DNA of 11,828 nt. Source: a bacterium (lineage in GTDB: Bacteria; Zhuqueibacterota; Zhuqueibacteria; Oceanimicrobiales; Oceanimicrobiaceae). A program made the translations under genes and the position numbers. The notes below the pieces were generated by a model, which saw nothing but the letters and a program-made list of their open reading frames with translations, had not been told where the DNA came from and ran no database searches. Within the stretch, counting starts at the first letter, position 1. Each line of letters opens with the position of its first letter. Shown here piece after piece: positions 1-5,583 of this stretch. The stretch covers positions 38,056-49,883 of the forward strand of contig JBBIIG010000032.1 in NCBI GenBank assembly GCA_037446635.1, in the 5' to 3' direction.

Positions 1-409
1 CAATGTACTCGCCGGATTCGAGCTTGCGGGTGAAATCCTCAACGGCCTGCTTAAGAATGCCGGGCAGCTTAGCGATATAGTCCTGGCGTTTGGGAACGTA
101 GTTCCACGCGCCGGCCTTGAGCGCCTGGATCGCCAGCTCCTCGTCGCCCAATCCGGTGACCATGACCGCCGGCAGTTTAATTTGGTTGCGGATCATCTCG
201 CGCAGCACATCGATGCCGCTCATATCCGTGAGATGGTTGTCGAGCAGCAGCACGTCGTATTTGTTCTGCGCGATTGCTTCGAGGCAGGCTTCGCCGGAGT
301 CCACGATCTCCAGCTTGAATTGCGGGGCTTCCGCGTCGAAATAGCTTTTGGTGAGATCGGCGTCGTGGGGGTTGTCTTCCGCGTACAAAACTGTGATGCG
401 GTCGCTCAT
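1..409 (-). CDS. Response-regulator receiver-domain protein, 5' part (probably multi-domain; runs off the window edge)
   Basis: Not in the ORF track; hand translation from ATG 409: MSDRITVLYAEDNPHDADLT...YDVLLLDNHLTDMSGIDVL...AVMVTGLGDEELAIQALKAGAWNYVPK. It has the acidic pocket (ED), phospho-acceptor Asp (LLLD), the conserved T and K, and stays open to base 1. Confidence 0.93.
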   Translation of the reverse strand, partial: MSDRITVLYAEDNPHDADLTKSYFDAEAPQFKLEIVDSGEACLEAIAQNKYDVLLLDNHLTDMSGIDVLREMIRNQIKLPAVMVTGLGDEELAIQALKAGAWNYVPKRQDYIAKLPGILKQAVEDFTRKLESGEYI

Positions 410-501
410 TTTATGATTTTCTCCGGGTAAGCGTTTTCGTTGGTGAGCAGCCAATAAACTTTGATGTTGCCGGCGAGGTCCGCAAACTTCTCAAAATCCA
501 C
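406..501 (-). pseudogene. Orphan C-terminal fragment (31 aa) of an Rcp1-like single-domain response regulator
   Basis: Reads VDFEKFADLAGNIKVYWLLTNENAYPEKIIK*, matching the (KP)VDFxxF...YWL tail of Rcp1-type receivers. Its TGA overlaps the next ATG (ATGA, 406-409). An in-frame stop lies 5 codons upstream and the expected KP is missing. Confidence 0.75.
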
Positions 502-817
502 CGAAGCTCGCTGTCAATGCGGACAACCCGGTGGATACGAGCCCCGGCCATAATCCCCCGATGTACGCACAGATGATAATGGGGAAGAGGAACACGATCG
601 GCGCGGGCTCTCCCAGCCCCAGCGCTTTGTGGAGCAACAAAGTTGCGGCCGTTGTTGTGATTACCAGTGGATATTCCACCCACCACGGCCAGCGCCCGGT
701 TTCCCTTCCGCTGCGCAACCATTGTCGATTAGAATTTTCTTCCGTGAGCATGATTTTATCAATAAACTTCACATTGATAAGGCGCGTCCGTAAGAACTGG
801 ATTTCCCAACCGCTCAT
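491..817 (-). pseudogene. Truncated DUF4118-type membrane sensor N-terminus (remnant of a sensor histidine kinase); alternative start ATG 751
   Basis: YPLVITTTAATLLLHKALGLGEPAPIVFLFPIIICAYIGGLWPGLVSTGLSALTA fits the DUF4118 pattern (P.++.A..GG+.PG++...+SA). It stops just after the third helix, with no PAS or kinase domains. Confidence 0.72.
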
Positions 818-958
818 CTACTGATTAAATAAAATAGTGGATACGTGCTCAGGCAGGAATGCGAAGAAACCGGGTCCGGCAGCCATTAAGTCGTTCGCCT
901 CTGCGTCGAATTCTTATCCTTCCCCGAGGGTAACTGAGCTGACTAAAACCTCGACACT

Positions 959-987
959 AAGATAAAGAAATTTGCGAGATTGCGCAA
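959..987 (-). promoter_or_regulatory. Putative sigma70-type promoter for the sensor/regulator locus
   Basis: Minus strand TTGCGC (987-982), 17 nt, TATCTT (964-959), with AT-rich upstream sequence. Flanks resemble the ctaC promoter (TTCTTGC...TTTCTTTATnTT). Confidence 0.55.
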
Positions 988-1143
988 GAAAATTTATGAT
1001 GTTAAGTTTATTTAATGTCGATCAGGCAGCAACTCATAAAGCAAAACCCGTCTTAGAGCGCTGGGAAGAATGTTAAGAATGTAGTGAGGGTACTTAACTT
1101 GTGAGCTAAAGCTGAAGAAATTGTAATCTTCAAGTGAAGTCGC

Positions 1144-2019
1144 CTACAGAGGGGTCTTGTCGAGAAACATTAACGCAATCAAAATCGGAAGATAAAGGAT
1201 GGAAGCATGCAGCACCTGCCGGGCATGGCGCTTGCTTTTTGCCGCGGCTAAACGTATTCCGAAGATCAGAAAGCCAACGCCTGACAGCAGCGCGCCGAAA
1301 AAGTAAATGGCGCCCGTTAATCCCAGCAGAGTCGGAAGCAAGCTGACGGAAAGCAGCGCCAGGCAATTGATCACGATGTGCCAGCCGGTTTGTACGCCGG
1401 ATTCGTCGAGCACCGTCAGCACCGAGAAGCCGCCGCGGGCGTAGTCTTCGCGATAAATCCAGGCAATGGCGAGAAAGTGCGGCAATTGCCAAAAGAAGAG
1501 AATGGCGAACAGCACCCACGCCTCGATGGTGATCTCGCCGCGCACGGCGGTCCAGCCGCCCATGGCCGGCAGGGCGCCGGGCACCGCGCCGATGACGGTG
1601 GAAAGCGGCGTCGTGCGTTTCAAAGGGGTGTATATGAAAATGTACGATGCCAGCGTCAGCGCGGCCAGCAAGCCGGTGAGCCAGTTGACCGCCAAACTGA
1701 GATACGCGATTCCGAGAATTGAAATGCCCGCGGCGAAAATCAAAACTTGTTTGAACGACAACCGCCCCGCCGGCAGCGGCCGCAAGCGGGTGCGTTTCAT
1801 TTTCAGATCGATATCGCGTTCGATGAGCTGATTGAGCGCGTTGGTGCCGCCGGCCACCAGCCACGAGCCGGCAATGGCGTGAAGCAAAAGCACAAAATCC
1901 AAAGGCCCGTGCGCGCCAAGATAAAATCCGCCCAGCACACTGATGATGACCATGAAGGTTACGCCGGGCTTCGTCAGTTCCCAGTAATCCGTCAACTGCG
2001 ATTTATATAATAGAAGCAT
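1144..2019 (-). CDS. ctaB: Protoheme IX farnesyltransferase (heme O synthase)
   Basis: UbiA-family motifs ELTKP, NQLIERDIDLKMKRTRLRPLPAG, YTPLKR, GAVPGALP, FFWQLPHFLAIAW, REDYARGG. Start set at ATG 2019, which has GGAGA just upstream. Confidence 0.97.
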   Translation of the reverse strand: MLLLYKSQLTDYWELTKPGVTFMVIISVLGGFYLGAHGPLDFVLLLHAIAGSWLVAGGTNALNQLIERDIDLKMKRTRLRPLPAGRLSFKQVLIFAAGISILGIAYLSLAVNWLTGLLAALTLASYIFIYTPLKRTTPLSTVIGAVPGALPAMGGWTAVRGEITIEAWVLFAILFFWQLPHFLAIAWIYREDYARGGFSVLTVLDESGVQTGWHIVINCLALLSVSLLPTLLGLTGAIYFFGALLSGVGFLIFGIRLAAAKSKRHARQVLHASILYLPILIALMFLDKTPL

Positions 2020-2055
2020 GAAATCTCCAAAAGAAAACAAAACGGTTCAGGTCAC

Positions 2056-2115
2056 AAAGGCAGTATGAAGTAGGCAATGGCAGGGTTGGCAACTGCTTAC
2101 TGCCTTTTGCCAACT
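2056..2115. repeat. Inverted heptamer tandem arrays (AGGCAGT-type / ACTGCCT-type) between ctaA and ctaB
   Basis: AGGCAGT ATGAAGT AGGCAAT ... ACTGCTT ACTGCCT TTTGCCA. Exact 10-bp inverted pair AAAGGCAGTA (2056-2065) / TACTGCCTTT (2098-2107). Confidence 0.8.
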
Positions 2116-3092
2116 CAAGTAGCGCTGGGTTGCTCAACAAAAAAGCCCTCTCTCATTTCAGATTCTTTCGACAAAAACATCCGATGAGCGCGCAGGGTCA
2201 ACACCAGGCTCGTGCCCAGAATGAACGCGCCCGTCGCCACGTGCGCCGTGGTGGGAAGCATCGCTTTTTTCGTCCAAATGGTCAGCGCCGCAAAAGTAAT
2301 TTGCACGATCAATGCCAGAACCAAGATCGCGGTGGTTCGTGTCAATTTGGGTTTATTTTTGTGATGACGAAAAATCTGCGCAGCCAACCACAAGATGCTG
2401 ATGCTAACGATCAGCGCCCCGACGCGGTGCAGAAAGTGCACGGCGACTGCCTGCGTTTCAATTGGCGGGATGATTTTTCCGAAGGCCAGCGGAAAATCCG
2501 GGATCGCCAGCCCGGCGCCGATATGCCGCATGATCGCGCCGATGACCAGCTGCGCAAAAACCAGTCCGGTTGTCAGCAACGTCAAACTTTGAATTGATGG
2601 TTTACTTGTATCAGTGATTTTTTCATTTTCAAGAAGCCATTCTTTTGAAGTGAACATCGCGATGCTGATCGTGATGCAGAAAAAAGTTTGCGCTAAACAG
2701 CCGTGCAGCACGGAGATGGGCGTGGGCAGCAAGTACAAAACGGTGAGCCCACCGAGTACACCCTGGGCAATCACCGCCAGCAGCGCGACGAGGCCCAGCC
2801 ACTTCATCCAGCGGCGGGGCTCTTTGAGCCACAGCCAGACTGCGAGAATCACCGTCAGCATTCCCACCACCGTTGCTGCCATGCGATGGCCGTGCTCATA
2901 CAAAATTCCGCCCACCATTTTGGAGAAGGGAAAGGAGAACATGAAATGGCCGTAGGTGGTGGGCCAGTCCGGCACCGCCAGTCCGGAGCCGGTGGTCGTT
3001 ACTAATCCGCCGATGAAAATCAAAGCAAAAGTGGCAGCAGCCACTACTTTCGCGAAGCGGTGCAGCCAGATGTTATAGCCAAAGTTATTCAT
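2115..3092 (-). CDS. ctaA: Heme A synthase (COX15/CtaA family)
   Basis: GLAVPDWP loop, EHGHR, QGVLGGLTV, SVLHG, HFLHR and TAHV heme-ligand histidines; two internally duplicated 4-helix halves. Confidence 0.95.
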   Translation of the reverse strand: MNNFGYNIWLHRFAKVVAAATFALIFIGGLVTTTGSGLAVPDWPTTYGHFMFSFPFSKMVGGILYEHGHRMAATVVGMLTVILAVWLWLKEPRRWMKWLGLVALLAVIAQGVLGGLTVLYLLPTPISVLHGCLAQTFFCITISIAMFTSKEWLLENEKITDTSKPSIQSLTLLTTGLVFAQLVIGAIMRHIGAGLAIPDFPLAFGKIIPPIETQAVAVHFLHRVGALIVSISILWLAAQIFRHHKNKPKLTRTTAILVLALIVQITFAALTIWTKKAMLPTTAHVATGAFILGTSLVLTLRAHRMFLSKESEMREGFFVEQPSAT

Positions 3093-3134
3093 AAATTATT
3101 AGGAAGCGATGAGGCTATCTTGGATTAAGTTCAT

Positions 3135-3164
3135 GCAGGGAACGCCATAGTATGCGTTCCCTGC
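3135..3164. repeat. REP-like perfect palindrome (11-bp stem, 8-nt loop) upstream of ctaA
   Basis: GCAGGGAACGC-CATAGTAT-GCGTTCCCTGC. No U-tract follows on the coding (minus) strand. Confidence 0.75.
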
Positions 3165-3202
3165 GTATTTAAGAATTTTACAATAGTCTTGTTAGTTAAT
3201 TA

Positions 3203-3230
3203 AATATGATGGATTAATGCTGTCAGTCAA
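3203..3230 (-). promoter_or_regulatory. Possible internal sigma70-type promoter for ctaA-ctaB
   Basis: Minus strand TTGACT (3230-3225), 16 nt, CATATT (3208-3203), in a 177-nt AT-rich gap. Confidence 0.4.
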
Positions 3231-3269
3231 GAAATAAGATCCATTAAATCTCTGAATTACCAGATTCGG

Positions 3270-3665
3270 TCATGGCAGCTCCGCCACCGCCTCGGCGGCG
3301 TTTTCGGTTTGCGCCGCCTTGGCTTTTTGCGATGCGCGCGGCGTGCTGGTTAAATCCGGCAGCAGGCTGATGATGAGCAGCGTGCAAATTAACAGCGGCG
3401 TCAACGCGATGACGCCGAGCGTGCGCTTCTCGAATTTAAGATGCATAAAGTACAGCGCCACCAGTCCGGCCTTTCCCAAGGCCAAACCAATCAGCAGCGC
3501 GGCTTGCACAATTTTGGGATACATTGGACCGATGGGAACAACGGCCACCAACAACTCTGCAATCGTCAAGCCGACCAACCACCAGAACACGCCAATGTAA
3601 TTGGGTTCAAGCGATGCCACGTGCGCATCAGATTTTGCTTCCGAGTTGATATCCGGTTTGTTCAT
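3270..3665 (-). CDS. ctaF: Cytochrome c oxidase subunit IV (prokaryotic COX4 family), 131 aa
   Basis: Real start is ATG 3665 with AAGGAG RBS, not 3950. YIGVFWWLVGLTIAEL and KAGLVALYFMHLKFE are hallmark motifs; three hydrophobic helices. Confidence 0.9.
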   Translation of the reverse strand: MNKPDINSEAKSDAHVASLEPNYIGVFWWLVGLTIAELLVAVVPIGPMYPKIVQAALLIGLALGKAGLVALYFMHLKFEKRTLGVIALTPLLICTLLIISLLPDLTSTPRASQKAKAAQTENAAEAVAELP

Positions 3666-3685
3666 TGGGTTCTCCTTTGAAGTCG

Positions 3686-4297
3686 CTAAATCAAATAAAC
3701 AAACGTGAAAACCAGAATCCACACTAAATCGACGAAGTGCCAGTACAGTCCGGCAATTTCCACGAGATTTGCTTTCTCCTTCGTAATCTTGCCACGCAGG
3801 CCGCGGAAGACGATCACTCCCAGGTAGATCACGCCGCCGGTGACGTGCGCGCCGTGAAAGCCGGTGATGGTGAAAAAAGTGGTGCCGAACAGATAGTTGC
3901 CCCAGGGGTTGCTGCTGAGATGCATGCCGCGATGGATGAGGTGCGTCCATTCGTAGGCTTGCAAACCCAAAAAGATGACGCCGCCTAAAATCGTCAACCC
4001 CAAAAACAGGTTCATGCGTTCAACGTTGCCTTGTTTGATGGCGGACAATCCTTTCACCATGGTGACGCTGCTGCAAATCAGCAGAAAGGTCATGAAGCCG
4101 GTGAGGGGGATACCCAGCACTTCAGCGGGCACGGGCCAGTCGAGGGCGCCGGCGCGAATGGCGCCGTAGCCGGCGAGCAGGGTGCCGAAGGTCATGGCGT
4201 CGCCGGCGAGGAAAATCCACATGCCCAATTTGCCCCAGCTTTCCGGGGTTAAGGGCGATTCGTGCGCTTCAACGGCGTGGATGGTAGCGTGGCTCAA
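3686..4297 (-). CDS. ctaE: Cytochrome c oxidase subunit III (short 5-helix form)
   Basis: KLGMWIFLAGDAMTF, TFLLICSSVTM, FLGLQAYEW, FFTITGFHGAHV, GLYWHFVDLVW. TTG start with AGGAG RBS, overlapping the upstream stop (TTGA). Confidence 0.95.
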   Translation of the reverse strand: MSHATIHAVEAHESPLTPESWGKLGMWIFLAGDAMTFGTLLAGYGAIRAGALDWPVPAEVLGIPLTGFMTFLLICSSVTMVKGLSAIKQGNVERMNLFLGLTILGGVIFLGLQAYEWTHLIHRGMHLSSNPWGNYLFGTTFFTITGFHGAHVTGGVIYLGVIVFRGLRGKITKEKANLVEIAGLYWHFVDLVWILVFTFVYLI

Positions 4298-4671
4298 GTT
4301 TTGGTCTCCTGTTTGTGGTTATTGAATGGTTTCGCTATGCGCTTTGCGCTATGCTCTCTGCGTTTTACGAACACAATGCTGACGGCGATGGCGCCGAACA
4401 CAAAAAACGGCATGCCCATCAAAAATAACACGCTCATGTTAAACCCGCGGCCGACGGTGTTGTCCATCGCGGCGTTGCAGCCGGGGCAAGCCTCGCCCAC
4501 CGCCGGCAATATGGCAACGACAACGAACAGTGCGACTGCGAGGCATCGCCTGAAAACACAGTGGAGTAATGGAGTGATGGAGTGATGGAGTAATGTAAAA
4601 ACCTTTGATTCATAACTTACGGCACGCCAATACTCCAGCACTCCAGTACTCCTGTTTAAATTTCTAATCAT
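4294..4671 (-). CDS. Small membrane protein with a CxxC motif in the oxidase operon (start uncertain)
   Basis: Signal-like hydrophobic stretch, then ACPGCNAAM, GRGFNMSVLFLMGMPF and a TM helix. Its stop is coupled to the ctaE start. The N- and C-terminal extensions are encoded by repeat arrays. Confidence 0.78.
   Translation of the reverse strand: MIRNLNRSTGVLEYWRAVSYESKVFTLLHHSITPLLHCVFRRCLAVALFVVVAILPAVGEACPGCNAAMDNTVGRGFNMSVLFLMGMPFFVFGAIAVSIVFVKRREHSAKRIAKPFNNHKQETKT
4333..4362. repeat. Single heptamer tandem array (CGCTATG-type x4) inside the 3' end of the CxxC gene
   Basis: CGCTATG CGCTTTG CGCTATG CTCTCTG CG; translated as RREHSAKRIA. No complementary arm nearby. Confidence 0.7.
4562..4654. 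repeat. Inverted octamer tandem arrays (TGGAGTRA x4 / YACTCCWG x3)
   Basis: TGGAGTAA TGGAGTGA TGGAGTGA TGGAGTAA, about 31-nt spacer, then CCAA TACTCCAG CACTCCAG TACTCCTG. Confidence 0.9.
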
Positions 4672-4678
4672 AAGCCAA

Positions 4679-5383
4679 CTAACTCAAATAAACCAAGCCA
4701 TAAAGCACCGGCCAAAGTACGACAACGAGCAGCCAGTACATCCCAACCAGTTTGATGCCGAGCGTCCGTTTCAGCCCGTAATGTTCTTGATTTCGATGGA
4801 ACCGGAATACGACCACCAACAGCGCGATCACCGCGCCGAGCACGTGCAGCGCGTGGCAGCCAATGAGCACATAAAACATCCCGCCAAAGATTCCGGAGGA
4901 GAGCCGCAGCCCAAAATCAATGAGCCGCACCCATTCGTAGCCCTGCACCAGCAAAAAGGTCAGGCCTAAACCGGCGGTCAGCAACAACCCCTTCAACACC
5001 TGTTCCCGATTCCACTCCGCCAGCTTTCGCCACACCAGGATCATGATCATGCCGCTTAATGAAAGAATTGCGGTATTGATTGCCGTTACCTCAAGCGGCA
5101 GGCGCGGCTGACCGGGCGGCGGCCAGCTTTCCGCGCCGAAGCGGAAGACCACGAATGCGCCAATTAACCCCGCAAAGAACATCACGTCCGCGCCGATGAA
5201 CAGCATCATGGCCAACAGCGCGTTGCCGGTGGGTTCACCGGTTTCGCCATTGGTTTCTTCGCCGTCGTCTCCGAAATCCGGCTCGTCGAAAACCGGCGGC
5301 GGGCCCTGGCCAAACCCCTTTTCAGCAACTTTCTCGCGGTGCGCTACAACAGCTGTATTTTCCAAAACTGTACTGTTCCACAT
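4679..5383 (-). CDS. ctaE: Cytochrome c oxidase subunit III paralog
   Basis: AMMLFIGADVMFFAGL, WPPPG, NTAILSLSG, FLLVQGYEW, FYVLIGCHALHV, GMYW. Start probably ATG 5383, because the ORF-track start at 5425 lies inside a repeat element. Confidence 0.9.
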   Translation of the reverse strand: MWNSTVLENTAVVAHREKVAEKGFGQGPPPVFDEPDFGDDGEETNGETGEPTGNALLAMMLFIGADVMFFAGLIGAFVVFRFGAESWPPPGQPRLPLEVTAINTAILSLSGMIMILVWRKLAEWNREQVLKGLLLTAGLGLTFLLVQGYEWVRLIDFGLRLSSGIFGGMFYVLIGCHALHVLGAVIALLVVVFRFHRNQEHYGLKRTLGIKLVGMYWLLVVVLWPVLYGLVYLS

Positions 5384-5402
5384 CAAATTCAAAAACTTAT
5401 AA

Positions 5403-5464
5403 ACCGCAAAGGCGCAGAGGCGCAAGGTTCAAAATAGAAAAAATTCTTTGCGCCTCTTTGCGGT
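5403..5464. repeat. Inverted octamer arrays (GCGCARAG-type) with 9-bp terminal inverted repeat
   Basis: ACCGCAAAG GCGCAGAG GCGCAAGG, 18-nt AT-rich spacer, then CTTTGCGC CT CTTTGCGGT. Confidence 0.88.
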
Positions 5465-5472
5465 GAAAGCTT

Positions 5473-5583
5473 TTAGTTTTTCACCAAAATCGTAACTATT
5501 GCCAGCGCGTACAACACCACCATCACGCCAATCAGAATCAAAAGCAGGCGGCGATTACGGGTATTCTGCTCAGCACGTTCCAT
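5473..5583 (-). CDS. 36-aa single-TM small protein translationally coupled to subunit I
   Basis: Hand translation MERAEQNTRNRRLLLILIGVMVVLYALAIVTILVKN*. The ATG overlaps the ctaD stop (TAATG). Basic patch followed by a 22-residue hydrophobic helix; below the ORF-track cutoff. Confidence 0.8.
   Translation of the reverse strand: MERAEQNTRNRRLLLILIGVMVVLYALAIVTILVKN

Noticed and set aside
850..955. c-di-GMP-I riboswitch in the leader of the sensor locus (GACGCAGAG...ATGGCTGCCGG resemblance)
   Set aside because: It lacks the GGCAAAC/GNRA-tetraloop P2 arm and a convincing P1. An Rfam scan would settle it.
1000..1100. TGTTAAG / AAGAATGT short direct repeats as regulator binding sites
   Set aside because: Too short and AT-rich to tell from chance without comparative data.
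3666..3950. N-terminal extension of the 226-aa ORF 3270-3950
   Set aside because: It overlaps ctaE in another frame; subunit IV has a clear RBS and ATG at 3665.
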